From Aliivibrio fischeri ES114 (GTDB lineage: Bacteria > Pseudomonadota > Gammaproteobacteria > Enterobacterales > Vibrionaceae): a DNA stretch of 32,000 nucleotides. Shown in pieces: positions 9,957 through 21,996 of the stretch; position 1 is the stretch's first letter, and every line of letters starts with the position of its first letter. The notes beneath the pieces are model-generated. The model did not search any database and was not told the origin of the DNA. It saw only the letters and a program-made list of their open reading frames with translations. The position numbers and the translations under genes are program-made. The stretch lies in the NCBI RefSeq assembly GCF_000011805.1, contig NC_006840.2. The stretch is one strand, 5' to 3'.

Positions 9957-11036
9957 ATGCCATTATCTCGTTTAATCATTAATGATTTTCGTAATATAAC
10001 GACGTGTGATATTCAATTATCATCCGGCTTTAACTTTGTTATTGGCCCTAATGGCAGTGGAAAAACCAGTGTCCTTGAAGCGATTTATTTGCTCGGGCAT
10101 GGGCGTTCATTTAAGAGCTCGTTAACAGGTCGAATTATTCGAAATGACTGTGACGAGCTTTTTATTCATGGACGATTTACCACTCCAGAGCAGTTTGAAT
10201 TACCTATTGGTATAAATAAACAGCGCGATGGCACAACTGAGGTTAAAATAGGCGGAGAAAGTGGTCAAAAACTGGCACAATTAGCTAAAGTTTTACCACT
10301 TCAATTGATTCACCCTGAAGGGTTTGAATTAGTTACTGATGGCCCTAAATTTCGTCGAGCATTTATTGATTGGGGAGTGTTTCACGTGGAACCTGCATTT
10401 TATGATGCATGGAGCCGAGTGAAGCGATTAACCAAGCAACGAAATGCATTATTAAAAACGGCAAATAGCTATCGGGAATTGAGTTACTGGGATTTGGAAC
10501 TTGCCCAATTGTCTGAGAAGATTGATCAGTGGCGAGTGGATTACATCAATCACATATCTGAAGCAACTCAACAAATATGTCAGGCATTCTTACCAGAATA
10601 TGACATAAAGCTGTCATACTATCGCGGTTGGGATAGAGAAACCCCATACGCAGAATTGCTCAAGAAGAACTTTGAGCGTGATAAACAGCTGGGCTATACC
10701 GTTGGCGGCCCAAATAAAGCCGACTTAAGAATTAAAGTTGCAGGCACTCCTGTTGAGGATGTGTTGTCTCGCGGTCAACTTAAGTTGATGGTGTGTGCAT
10801 TACGATTAGCACAAGGACAACATTTAACTGAGGCAACAGGAAAGCAGTGCATCTATTTAATAGACGATTTTGCTTCTGAACTGGATAGCCATCGTCGCCA
10901 ATTGCTGGCTCAATATTTGAAACAGACAAAGGCGCAGGTGTTTATTAGTTCGATTACTGCTGAACAGATTGCAGATATGCATGATGATGAAAGCAAGATG
11001 TTCGAGATTGAACATGGCAAAATAGCCCAAGGATAA
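9957..11036 (+). CDS. recF: DNA replication/repair protein RecF
   Basis: 359 aa, with Walker [11 protein letters not shown]-terminal LIINDFRNI and the signature SRGQLKL. Confidence 0.95.
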   Translation: MPLSRLIINDFRNITTCDIQLSSGFNFVIGPNGSGKTSVLEAIYLLGHGRSFKSSLTGRIIRNDCDELFIHGRFTTPEQFELPIGINKQRDGTTEVKIGGESGQKLAQLAKVLPLQLIHPEGFELVTDGPKFRRAFIDWGVFHVEPAFYDAWSRVKRLTKQRNALLKTANSYRELSYWDLELAQLSEKIDQWRVDYINHISEATQQICQAFLPEYDIKLSYYRGWDRETPYAELLKKNFERDKQLGYTVGGPNKADLRIKVAGTPVEDVLSRGQLKLMVCALRLAQGQHLTEATGKQCIYLIDDFASELDSHRRQLLAQYLKQTKAQVFISSITAEQIADMHDDESKMFEIEHGKIAQG

Positions 11037-11050
11037 AAACGCGAGAGTAA

Positions 11051-13471
<2,421 letters not shown>

Positions 13472-13487
13472 TCTGAGTAAATATTTG

Positions 13488-13569
13488 CTGTAATCACTGA
13501 TTTCTGCGTCGAAGGTGCCCACTTATGTTCATAAGCTCCGCGCCTTCTCCTTGAAATAAGCGATTACAG
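13488..13569. repeat. Long imperfect palindrome (ERIC/IRU-like intergenic hairpin)
   Basis: Outer arms ctgtaatc/gattacag, middle gaaggtgc/gcgccttc, apex cttatg..cataag. On the minus strand the core reads ggagcttatgaacataagtg, which resembles the ERIC centre GGAGCTTACATAAGTAAGTG as I remember it. Confidence 0.45.
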
Positions 13570-13618
13570 TGGCAATTTATCTCAACTTAGAATTTAGATA
13601 TATGAGGAAGCACTGCTG

Positions 13619-13646
13619 TTGGCGGTGCTTTTTTTTATCTGAAATT
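13619..13646 (+). terminator. Rho-independent terminator of gyrB
   Basis: Stem agcactgc/gcggtgct, followed by the T-run 13639-13646. Confidence 0.8.
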
Positions 13647-13724
13647 TGAGGCGTTATTTTTATTTATTGTTCATAGAGTTAGTGGTGTTTTTGGTTTAAA
13701 TCGAAAAATAAATAGCCTTTATCT

Positions 13725-13753
13725 CTTGAAAGTAAAAACAGTAAACCACATAT
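13725..13753 (+). promoter_or_regulatory. Sigma-32 (RpoH) heat-shock promoter of ibpA
   Basis: CTTGAAA (13725-13731), a 14-nt spacer, then CCACATAT (13746-13753). The consensus is CTTGAAA-N13/14-CCCCATNT. Confidence 0.75.
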
Positions 13754-13867
13754 CTAGTTATGAAGAGGATGCCGATAGGGTCTTCTGAAAATGACTTGTC
13801 CAAAAAGGAAAGTCTTACAATTTATTAGAGTCAACTAAGGACCCAAAGTTAGGGGTAGTTGTACTCA

Positions 13868-13890
13868 CTATTGCTTAAATTAAAGGATAG
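13868..13890 (+). promoter_or_regulatory. ROSE-like RNA thermometer hairpin masking the ibpA Shine-Dalgarno
   Basis: ctattGctt (13868-13876) pairs with aaaggatag (13882-13890), leaving one bulged G. This is the U(U/C)GCU anti-SD signature of ROSE elements. The ATG is at 13895. Confidence 0.65.
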
Positions 13891-13894
13891 TATT

Positions 13895-14329
13895 ATGCGT
13901 AATGTAGATTTCACACCTCTGTACCGTTCAGCAATTGGTTTTGACCGTCTTTTCAATCAAATGGAAAATCATTCGGCAAAAACAAATGGCGGTTACCCTC
14001 CGTACAATATTGAACAGCAATCTGAAAATAAATACCGTATTACTATGGCGGTAGCTGGCTTTGCTGATAATCAAATCGATTTAACTCAACACGAGAATAT
14101 GCTGATTGTTCGTGGTGAACGTCCAAAAGACATTGAAGAAAAAACGTATTTATACCAAGGCATTGCTGAGCGTGACTTTGAACGTAAATTCCAATTAGCG
14201 GATTACGTGAAAGTGGTGGGCGCAACGATGGAAAATGGATTATTACACGTAGATTTAGAGCGTGAAATTCCAGAAGCGATGCAGCCTCGTAAGATTGCAA
14301 TTAATGGCAATAACTTGCTTGAAGGCTAA
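13895..14329 (+). CDS. ibpA: Small heat-shock protein IbpA (alpha-crystallin family)
   Basis: [21 protein letters not shown]...[18 protein letters not shown] closely matches E. coli IbpA. The start was moved from the track's 13859 to the ATG at 13895, which has the RBS aaagga. Confidence 0.93.
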   Translation: MRNVDFTPLYRSAIGFDRLFNQMENHSAKTNGGYPPYNIEQQSENKYRITMAVAGFADNQIDLTQHENMLIVRGERPKDIEEKTYLYQGIAERDFERKFQLADYVKVVGATMENGLLHVDLEREIPEAMQPRKIAINGNNLLEG

Positions 14330-14356
14330 TACTTAACGGTATTTATTATTGAACAT

Positions 14357-14383
14357 AAAGGCGCTGTAATAGCGCCTTTTTTT
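14357..14383 (+). terminator. Rho-independent terminator of ibpA
   Basis: Stem aaaggcgct/agcgccttt followed by a T-run. Confidence 0.85.
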
Positions 14384-14538
14384 GTGTTGATTAGGATCGT
14401 TGTATTAATAGCTTATTGCTTTTCCATCATCAATAGATGGCATTTGTATGTGTTGTTTGCTTAGTGATGACAAACAGAATTGCTGACTCCAAAGCAACAA
14501 GCTATTATTTGAGTTGATTAGATTGCTGTCTTAATGAC

Positions 14539-15786
14539 TTACTCTGAATACGCTCTCAACACTTCTTCTGCAATGATATTAATGCCTTTTTGCATCATGT
14601 CTTCATCTTGAACGTAATTCATACGTAAGCATTGATGAGCATGCTTCCAGCTGTCATCTTGCCCAATAAAGAAGTATTCACCCGGAACAATGAGTACACC
14701 ACGCGCTTTCAAGCGTTTGTACAGTTCCATCGTCGTGATAGGCAGTTCATCAAACCATAGCCATAAGAAAATAGCACCTTCAGGTTTATGGATGCGGAAA
14801 CGTGGATCAGTTATCGCTGTTTGTAGCATGTTCACCGCTGTTTGCGACTTTTCACAATAGAAAGGCTGTATTACGTTTTCACTTAAACGTAATAAATCAC
14901 CGGATTCAATCATGTGTAATCCCATTGCTGGACCAACACTACCTGGAGCAAGATTGATAATGCCATTTAGATTTGTAATGGCTTCGGTCATCTTCTCATT
15001 TGCAATTACAATACCGCAGCGTAATCCCGGCAATCCTAGTTTAGATAAACTCATACATAGGATGGTATTGTCGTTCCAGAATGGTGTGACCTCTTCAAAG
15101 ATAATGTTCGGGAAAGGGGTGCCATAAGCATTATCTAGAATCAGTGGGATGTTATTTTCACGCGCTAATTTATCTAGCTTAATGACTTCTTCGTCTGTAA
15201 TTACATTACCTGTAGGGTTCGTAGGGCGAGAAACGCAAATCGCTCCGATGGATTCATCAACGGTGAGTTGACTGAAATCAACGTGATATTTAAAGAGTCC
15301 ATTGTCTAATAACTCAATTTCAGGACGATAAGAAATAAAGCTATCAAATTCCAACTCAGAATCGGCGTACCCAATGTATTCCGGTGCAAGAGGAAGTAAT
15401 ATTTTCTTTTTTGAACCGTCCGCATAAGTACCAGCTAATAGATTGAATAAGCTAAAGAAAGCACTTTGAGAGCCATTCGTTAAAGAGATGTTTTTTTCTG
15501 AAATATCCCAACCGTAAGTTTCTTTTAATAGCTTTGCTAATGCTTTTACAAAGCTGTCTTTACCTTGAGGACCATCGTAGTTGGCCATTGCCGCAATGAG
15601 CTCACCAGAGTCGAGCATTTTTTGTGAGGCGTCTTTAAAGTAGTCGAGCATGGCGGGAATACCAGCAGGGTTACCACCACCGAGCATGATGGCTCCAGGT
15701 GTACGTAAACCATCATTTAAATCATCCATTAATTGAGTGATCCCGCTGTAACGAGTAAATTTTTCGCCAAATTGAGTAAACTTCAT
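14539..15786 (-). CDS. avtA: Valine-pyruvate aminotransferase (transaminase C)
   Basis: 415 aa. The N-terminal FGEKFTRYSGITQLMDDLNDGLRTPGAIMLGGGNPA is near-identical in pattern to E. coli AvtA. It has the PLP-lysine context SLSKLGLPG. Confidence 0.88.
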   Translation of the reverse strand: MKFTQFGEKFTRYSGITQLMDDLNDGLRTPGAIMLGGGNPAGIPAMLDYFKDASQKMLDSGELIAAMANYDGPQGKDSFVKALAKLLKETYGWDISEKNISLTNGSQSAFFSLFNLLAGTYADGSKKKILLPLAPEYIGYADSELEFDSFISYRPEIELLDNGLFKYHVDFSQLTVDESIGAICVSRPTNPTGNVITDEEVIKLDKLARENNIPLILDNAYGTPFPNIIFEEVTPFWNDNTILCMSLSKLGLPGLRCGIVIANEKMTEAITNLNGIINLAPGSVGPAMGLHMIESGDLLRLSENVIQPFYCEKSQTAVNMLQTAITDPRFRIHKPEGAIFLWLWFDELPITTMELYKRLKARGVLIVPGEYFFIGQDDSWKHAHQCLRMNYVQDEDMMQKGINIIAEEVLRAYSE

Positions 15787-16014
15787 TACGACTACCGCGC
15801 TAATTGTTGAGTCTGAGTATTGATTGTTTTAACAACATACCTCAACACCAAACAGAGTTAAAGAGGCAAGATAATCACCATTTTTATTGCTTAGCATGTA
15901 AAGTCACGGTGAATTTTAAGAAAGTGCTTATTTTTGCTACTCCCAAAGAGCCTCGTAAGGTATAGTTACTTGTTATATTTTTATTTATTACTAACGAATC
16001 GCGCGAATTAAATT

Positions 16015-16935
16015 ATGCAAAAATACGATATCAAAACCTTCCAGGGAATGATCCTCGCGCTGCAGGATTATTGGGCACAAAACGGTTGTACCATTGTACA
16101 GCCTCTAGATATGGAAGTAGGTGCAGGCACCTCTCACCCGATGACTTGTTTACGTGCACTTGGCCCAGAGCCAATGTCAACAGCTTACGTACAACCATCT
16201 CGTCGTCCTACTGATGGCCGTTACGGTGAAAACCCGAACCGTCTTCAGCACTACTACCAATTTCAAGTTGCTTTGAAACCATCGCCTGACAACATTCAAG
16301 AGTTGTACTTAGGTTCTCTAGAAGTGCTTGGTATCGACCCATTAGTTCACGATATTCGTTTCGTTGAAGACAACTGGGAAAACCCAACACTAGGTGCATG
16401 GGGTTTAGGTTGGGAAATCTGGCTAAACGGTATGGAAGTAACGCAATTTACTTACTTCCAACAAGTAGGTGGTCTTGAGTGTAAACCAGTAACTGGTGAA
16501 ATCACTTACGGTATCGAGCGTCTTGCAATGTATATTCAAGAAGTAGACTCTGTTTACGATCTTGTATGGAACATTGGTCCAGATGGTACTGCAGTTACTT
16601 ACGGTGACATTTTCCACCAAAACGAAGTTGAGCAATCGACTTATAACTTCGAGCACGCAGACGTTGATTTCTTATTTGGTTTCTTCGACCAATGTGAAAA
16701 AGAATCTAAAGAGCTTTTAGAGTTAGAAAAACCGCTTCCTCTTCCTGCTTATGAGCGAATCCTAAAAGCAGCTCACGCATTTAACTTATTAGATGCACGT
16801 AAAGCGATCTCTGTAACTGAACGTCAACGTTACATCCTTCGTATCCGTAACCTAACTAAAGCGGTTGCAGAAGCATACTATGCATCACGTGAAGCCCTAG
16901 GTTTCCCAATGTGTAAGAAGAACGAGGAGAAGTAA
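16015..16935 (+). CDS. glyQ: Glycine-tRNA ligase alpha subunit
   Basis: 306 aa. [31 protein letters not shown] is a canonical GlyQ sequence. Confidence 0.97.
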
Positions 16936-16937
16936 TC

Positions 16938-19004
16938 ATGGCGAAGAATTTTCTAATTGAATTAGGTACAGAAGAGCTTCCACCAACAGCACTTCGTTCA
17001 TTAGCTGAAGCGTTTGCATCAAACTTTGAAGCAGAATTAAAAGCAGCTGATTTAGCACACCAAGGTGTTAAATGGTATGCAACACCACGTCGTTTAGCAC
17101 TTAAAGTTGCTGAACTAGCAGAAAGCCAAGCAGATAAAGTAGTTGAGAAACGCGGTCCTGCTGTTTCTGCTGCATTTGATGCTGATGGTAACCCAACAAA
17201 AGCGGCTCAAGGTTGGGCTCGTGGTAACGGTATTACGGTTGAACAAGCTGATCGTCTAAAAACAGACAAAGGCGAGTGGCTACTTCATAAAGAAGAAGTA
17301 AAAGGCAAACCAGTACAAGAGCTTGTTGTTGATTTTGCAGCAAAAGCATTAGCAGGTTTACCTATTCCTAAAGCAATGCGCTGGGGTAACTCTGACATTC
17401 AATTCATTCGTCCAGTAAAAACACTGACTATCCTATTAGGTGACGAGCTGATTGAAGGTTCTATCTTAGGCGTGAGTTCTGCTCGTACACTTCGTGGTCA
17501 CCGTTTTATGGGTGAATCTGAATTTACGATTGATTCTGCTGATCAATACCCTGCGATTTTAGAAGAGCGCGGTAAAGTAATGGCAGATTACGATGCTCGT
17601 AAAGCTATCATCTTAGCTGATTCTGAAAAAGCGGCAGCTGCAGTAGGCGGTAAAGCGGATTTAGAAGACGATCTTGTAGAAGAAGTAACGTCATTAGTTG
17701 AATGGCCTGTTGTTCTTACTGCTAAGTTTGAAGAAGAGTTCTTGAAAGTACCTTCTGAAGCATTAGTGTACACAATGAAGGGCGATCAGAAGTACTTCCC
17801 TGTATACGATGAGAACAAAAAACTGCTTCCTAACTTTATTTTCGTATCTAACATTGAGTCTAAAGAGCCTCGCCATGTTATTGAAGGTAATGAAAAGGTA
17901 GTTCGTCCACGTCTTGCTGACGCAGAGTTCTTCTTTAATACAGACCGTAAGCGTCCGCTTATCGATCGTTTACCTGAATTAGAACAAGCTATCTTCCAGA
18001 AGCAATTAGGTACGATCAAAGACAAAACTGACCGTATTACTGAGCTTGCAGGTTACATTGCAGAACAAATTGGTGCTGATGTTGAGAAATCTCAACGTGC
18101 AGGTCTTTTAGCTAAATGTGACTTGATGACATCTATGGTATTTGAATTTACAGATACACAAGGTGTAATGGGTATGCATTACGCAACTCATGATGGTGAA
18201 GATGAGCAAGTAGCATTAGCTCTTTACGAGCAATACATGCCACGCTTTGCTGGTGATGATTTACCAAGTACTGATATTTCTTCTGCAGTAGCAATGGCGG
18301 ATAAATTAGATACGCTTGTTGGTATTTTCGGTATTGGTCAAGCACCTAAAGGTTCTGATCCATTTGCACTTCGTCGTGCGGCTCTAGGTGTTCTACGTAT
18401 TATCGTTGAGAAAGAATACAACTTAGATTTAGTTGATCTTGTTGCAAAAGCACAATCTCTGTTTGGCGATAAACTATCGAATGCAAATGTAGCGACTGAC
18501 GTAATTGATTTCATGTTAGGTCGTTTCCGTGCATGGTACCAAGATGAAGGTTTCAGTGTAGACATCATCCAAGCGGTTCTTGCTCGTCGTCCTACAAAAC
18601 CAGCTGATTTCGATAAGCGTGTGAAAGCGGTATCTCACTTCCGTGAATTAGATGCAGCAGAATCACTAGCAGCAGCGAATAAGCGTGTTGGTAATATCCT
18701 AGCTAAATTTGATGGTGAGCTTGCTCAAGAGATTGATCTTGCTCTTCTACAAGAAGATGCTGAGAAAGCATTAGCTGAGAAAGTTGAAATTTTAGCTGAA
18801 GCGCTAGAACCTGTATTTGCAGCTGGTAACTACCAAGAAGCGTTAAGTCGTCTTGCAGAACTACGTGAACCTGTAGATGCGTTCTTCGATAACGTAATGG
18901 TTATGGCTGATGACGAAGCACTTAAGACAAACCGTCTAACGCTTCTGAATAAGCTACGTAACTTATTCTTAGATATTGCTGATATTTCTCTTCTTCAAAA
19001 ATAA
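16938..19004 (+). CDS. glyS: Glycine-tRNA ligase beta subunit
   Basis: 688 aa. [12 protein letters not shown] is at the N-terminus, and the gene starts 2 nt after the glyQ stop. Confidence 0.97.
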   Translation: MAKNFLIELGTEELPPTALRSLAEAFASNFEAELKAADLAHQGVKWYATPRRLALKVAELAESQADKVVEKRGPAVSAAFDADGNPTKAAQGWARGNGITVEQADRLKTDKGEWLLHKEEVKGKPVQELVVDFAAKALAGLPIPKAMRWGNSDIQFIRPVKTLTILLGDELIEGSILGVSSARTLRGHRFMGESEFTIDSADQYPAILEERGKVMADYDARKAIILADSEKAAAAVGGKADLEDDLVEEVTSLVEWPVVLTAKFEEEFLKVPSEALVYTMKGDQKYFPVYDENKKLLPNFIFVSNIESKEPRHVIEGNEKVVRPRLADAEFFFNTDRKRPLIDRLPELEQAIFQKQLGTIKDKTDRITELAGYIAEQIGADVEKSQRAGLLAKCDLMTSMVFEFTDTQGVMGMHYATHDGEDEQVALALYEQYMPRFAGDDLPSTDISSAVAMADKLDTLVGIFGIGQAPKGSDPFALRRAALGVLRIIVEKEYNLDLVDLVAKAQSLFGDKLSNANVATDVIDFMLGRFRAWYQDEGFSVDIIQAVLARRPTKPADFDKRVKAVSHFRELDAAESLAAANKRVGNILAKFDGELAQEIDLALLQEDAEKALAEKVEILAEALEPVFAAGNYQEALSRLAELREPVDAFFDNVMVMADDEALKTNRLTLLNKLRNLFLDIADISLLQK

Positions 19005-19023
19005 GAAATAGCCTTATCAAATG

Positions 19024-19053
19024 AAATACCTCGCTAATGCGGGGTATTTTTTT
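19024..19053 (+). terminator. Rho-independent terminator of glyQS
   Basis: 11-bp stem aaatacctcgc/gcggggtattt with loop taat, followed by a T-run. Confidence 0.85.
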
Positions 19054-19149
19054 GTCTAAATATCGTATTTTCGAAAATTAGAGATTAATAATGTTGTTAA
19101 CAATGGCTACAATTGAGTCACTGTTATTATTTTTAGGTTTCTGATTTCG

Positions 19150-20790
19150 ATGAAATTGTCTGTTTGTGCAACACTTATTTCGCTGTCTTTATTAGTTGGG
19201 TGTCAAAGTACGCCATCAACTGATAATTCTTCTTTATCAGAAAACTCATCAAATCCATCATCTGACATAGCCAAGTCAACTAATCACGATGCGGCTGATA
19301 GCGTAGATATCATTTGTCCTCAGCTAGGCATTCAACCTGTAACTGTCGCTGTTTCTGATTTGTGGGCTGATGGTGAGGTTGTCACCGATGCTTATACTGG
19401 GCGCATTGCTCAAGTGAAAAATGGTAGCGTTACTTTAACGCCAAGTCGTCATAGTGGTGGCTTATTGCTGTTAGAATCAAAAAAAGAAGAAGTCCCTTTT
19501 CAGTGGAAGAATGCCACTTTCTACCACATCGCAACGGATAGATTCTTTAATGGTAACAGTTGGAATGATCACAGCTATGGTCGACAAAAAACGGCACAAG
19601 GTTTTCAAGGCGGTGATATCGCAGGACTTACTCAAAAACTAGATTATTTAGCTGAGTTAGGTGTCGATGTTCTTTGGCTTTCGACGCCACTAGAGCAAGT
19701 GCATGGTTGGCTTCCAGGGAAAAACGGTAATTATCCTGAATACCCATATGCAGGTGGAGCTACATTAGATTGGACTCAGCTTGATACCAATATGGGTACT
19801 GAGCAAGAAATGAGAATATTTGTGGATTCAGCTCATCAGTTAGGTATGCGAGTTGTGTGGAGTGTTGATACTGTTCCATCAGAGCCAAGCCTTGCAGACT
19901 TACAACAATTTAATATCCAACCTCAAGATGCAAGTGAGCTTCCTAGCTATTGGAATGAATGGCAACCGAAAGATGGCCAAAACCTGACGAATTATCTTGA
20001 TGCATTTAAAGACGAAAATGGACAAATACCACAGTGGTGGTCACCTGCGTGGTCAGATCCTAGCAGTGACGGTAATATTTCAACGCCTGAGTTCTTCGCA
20101 AATAAACCCGTAACCAATGTAGCTCAAGTGAGTCGAGCTAAAAATGAAGTACTAACTCAATGGATAACTACGTGGGTTGCTAAATTTGGCATTGATGGGG
20201 TGGTTTTATCGGATTCAACACCACAATTGACTCAAAAGATAGAGGCGAGTGCGAGTAAAGCTTTTGAATTATGGAAAACACATAATCAATATAAGGCGCT
20301 TGAATCCTCTTCTTTCCTAGTTGTTGATTTAAATGAGAAGGAATCATTTAAACCGCAAATAGTGTCGATGCAGAAAAATAAAGAACAGTGTTTTAGTCAA
20401 TTTACTTATCGTTTATCTACGACTGAGAAATCACATGATCTATACGCGATCAATTGGTTTGAAGAACGTGGTTTAGATGAGCTATCTGAAGCAAATTACT
20501 CTGAGTACAGAGATACAGCTTCAGCTCTTTTATTATCACAGGGTAATCTTGCTATTTGGTATGGCGATGAAACGGCTAAAAGCGGTGAGGCTTACAGCGA
20601 AATGAATTGGGATCAAATGACAGGATTACGTTTGTCTCTTATGTCTCATTGGAAAAAACTATTAGCTTTTAGAGCAAACCACTCAGCATTATCTGATGGA
20701 GAATATCAGGTTATTGAAAACAATAGTTACTATGCTTTTATCCGAAAAAACAAGTCAGACAATGTGATGGTTGTTTACACTGGTGAATAG
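19150..20790 (+). CDS. GH13 (alpha-amylase fold) lipoprotein with apparently substituted catalytic residues
   Basis: 546 aa, with lipobox LVGC (Cys18). GH13 fold markers are present: FYHIATDRFFNGN, GGDIAGLTQKLDYLAELGVDVLWLSTP, GTEQEMRIFVDSAHQLGMRVV, WYGDE. Conserved regions I-IV are degenerate (see findings). Confidence 0.8.
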   Translation: MKLSVCATLISLSLLVGCQSTPSTDNSSLSENSSNPSSDIAKSTNHDAADSVDIICPQLGIQPVTVAVSDLWADGEVVTDAYTGRIAQVKNGSVTLTPSRHSGGLLLLESKKEEVPFQWKNATFYHIATDRFFNGNSWNDHSYGRQKTAQGFQGGDIAGLTQKLDYLAELGVDVLWLSTPLEQVHGWLPGKNGNYPEYPYAGGATLDWTQLDTNMGTEQEMRIFVDSAHQLGMRVVWSVDTVPSEPSLADLQQFNIQPQDASELPSYWNEWQPKDGQNLTNYLDAFKDENGQIPQWWSPAWSDPSSDGNISTPEFFANKPVTNVAQVSRAKNEVLTQWITTWVAKFGIDGVVLSDSTPQLTQKIEASASKAFELWKTHNQYKALESSSFLVVDLNEKESFKPQIVSMQKNKEQCFSQFTYRLSTTEKSHDLYAINWFEERGLDELSEANYSEYRDTASALLLSQGNLAIWYGDETAKSGEAYSEMNWDQMTGLRLSLMSHWKKLLAFRANHSALSDGEYQVIENNSYYAFIRKNKSDNVMVVYTGE

Positions 20791-20924
20791 TTAAGTTGTC
20801 ACCAAAGTTTAATAAAATCAGAATAAGAGTGTGATACTAGGCACATAGCTTTTGTTCTAGAGGTGATAATCTACAGTTAGAATAAGTTGTATTGGTAGAT
20901 GTTTCTTAAGGAAAGGAGCTTATC

Positions 20925-21176
20925 ATGACTCGTTTTTTAGCTATATCCCCTCAAAGTCAATGCTATCTATTTACTGTCGCATTAGCCCTTAATTTATTAG
21001 GGATGGTACTTACTGATATGTGGGTACCTATGGTGGTTGGTGCAATCATTACAACAGGGTTGTCAGTTGATGCTTGGGTTCGGGTACATTATGTATTACC
21101 GATGAGAAAAGAGTTGAGAAACTTGCAGAATCAAGTTGAAGCTATACAAAAGCTAGCACGAGATATCAATACGTAG
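20925..21176 (+). CDS. Hypothetical small membrane protein (2 predicted TM segments plus a charged C-terminal helix)
   Basis: 83 aa, with a strong RBS (aaggaaaggag, 7 nt before the ATG) and a strong hairpin terminator directly downstream. I recognise no family. Confidence 0.6.
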   Translation: MTRFLAISPQSQCYLFTVALALNLLGMVLTDMWVPMVVGAIITTGLSVDAWVRVHYVLPMRKELRNLQNQVEAIQKLARDINT

Positions 21177-21186
21177 TTTATAAGAG

Positions 21187-21214
21187 AAAGGCAACCATTA
21201 TGGTTGCCTTTTTT
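21187..21214. terminator. Bidirectional terminator between the 83-aa ORF and tusA
   Basis: 10-bp stem aaggcaacca/tggttgcctt, with an A-run on the left and a T-run on the right. Confidence 0.85.
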
Positions 21215-21221
21215 GTACGTA

Positions 21222-21473
21222 TTATTTTGAAAGTCCTTTTCGGATCAAATAACGATAAGGAAGGGAATCAGTATCTTCTGCGATAAGTTCGTGATCCATA
21301 AAACGGCAAAAACTAGGAATGTCTCTTGTCGTTGATGGGTCATCGGCTTTAATTAATAGCGTTTCACCATCTTCCATCTTTCGAATCGTTTTTCTAACCA
21401 TCATTACAGGTTCTGGGCAGCGTAATCCTTCTGCTTCTAGTGTTTGTGTTGCTGTATCAAAGTTGATGGTCAT
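21222..21473 (-). CDS. tusA: Sulfur carrier protein TusA (SirA/YhhP)
   Basis: 83 aa. [18 protein letters not shown]...[27 protein letters not shown]...[10 protein letters not shown] is near-identical in pattern to E. coli TusA. Confidence 0.95.
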   Translation of the reverse strand: MTINFDTATQTLEAEGLRCPEPVMMVRKTIRKMEDGETLLIKADDPSTTRDIPSFCRFMDHELIAEDTDSLPYRYLIRKGLSK

Positions 21474-21575
21474 GTTTGTATCTCTTTACAGTTAAAGGCG
21501 ACCGAGATCATACTGCTGTAAAAAAAATAATCAATACGCGTTGGCAAAGAACTGAAAAGGGAGTAGATTAAATTT

Positions 21576-21611
21576 AACAACAAATTAACATTGGAACGTT
21601 AACTTGTTGTT
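21576..21611. promoter_or_regulatory. 14-bp-arm inverted repeat in the tusA / 63-aa ORF divergent intergenic region
   Basis: aacaacaaattaac (21576-21589), an 8-nt spacer, then gttaacttgttgtt (21598-21611), with one mismatch. This could be an operator or a 5'-UTR hairpin. Confidence 0.4.
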
Positions 21612-21658
21612 TTATCCATTCTAACTCTCGGTTAGAAAGCAACAGAAGGATCGTCATT

Positions 21659-21850
21659 ATGCTTACTCAAATAGATCGCTTAACTATTTATTGTGTTCTT
21701 TGTCTTGTTACTATTAGTTCATTAGTATTGCGTACTCCTGAAAACATCAGTTTATTTCCACTTATTAGTTTGGCATCTGTGATGGTAGCGCTAACGGTAG
21801 AATTAAAAACATGGTCAGAAGCAGAAACTGCGGAAGAACAAGATTCTTAA
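21659..21850 (+). CDS. Hypothetical small membrane protein (2 predicted TM segments, acidic C-terminus)
   Basis: 63 aa, with RBS agaagga 8 nt before the ATG. An imperfect hairpin plus T-run lies downstream. I recognise no family. Confidence 0.5.
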   Translation: MLTQIDRLTIYCVLCLVTISSLVLRTPENISLFPLISLASVMVALTVELKTWSEAETAEEQDS

Positions 21851-21883
21851 CTTACTTCTAAAAAACAAAAATACTCTCCAGTT

Positions 21884-21944
21884 TCCCGTTTTTTCATCAT
21901 TCTTAATACCAAATAAGAGTTGAATGAAATGCGGGATTTTTTTT
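21884..21944 (+). terminator. Probable terminator after the 63-aa ORF
   Basis: Imperfect hairpin (tcccg...cggga, tttcat...atgaaa) followed by the T-run 21937-21944. Confidence 0.5.
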
Positions 21945-21996
21945 ATTCAGAAAACAGTTACACTCACTAAGTAGATTAAGCCTAGTAGGTAAGATT

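Noticed and set aside
14043-15127. ORFs antisense to ibpA (85 aa) and avtA (71 aa)
   Set aside because: They are opposite-strand frame artefacts within conserved genes.
16208-18568. Six minus-strand ORFs antisense to glyQ and glyS
   Set aside because: They are frame artefacts inside conserved aminoacyl-tRNA synthetase genes.
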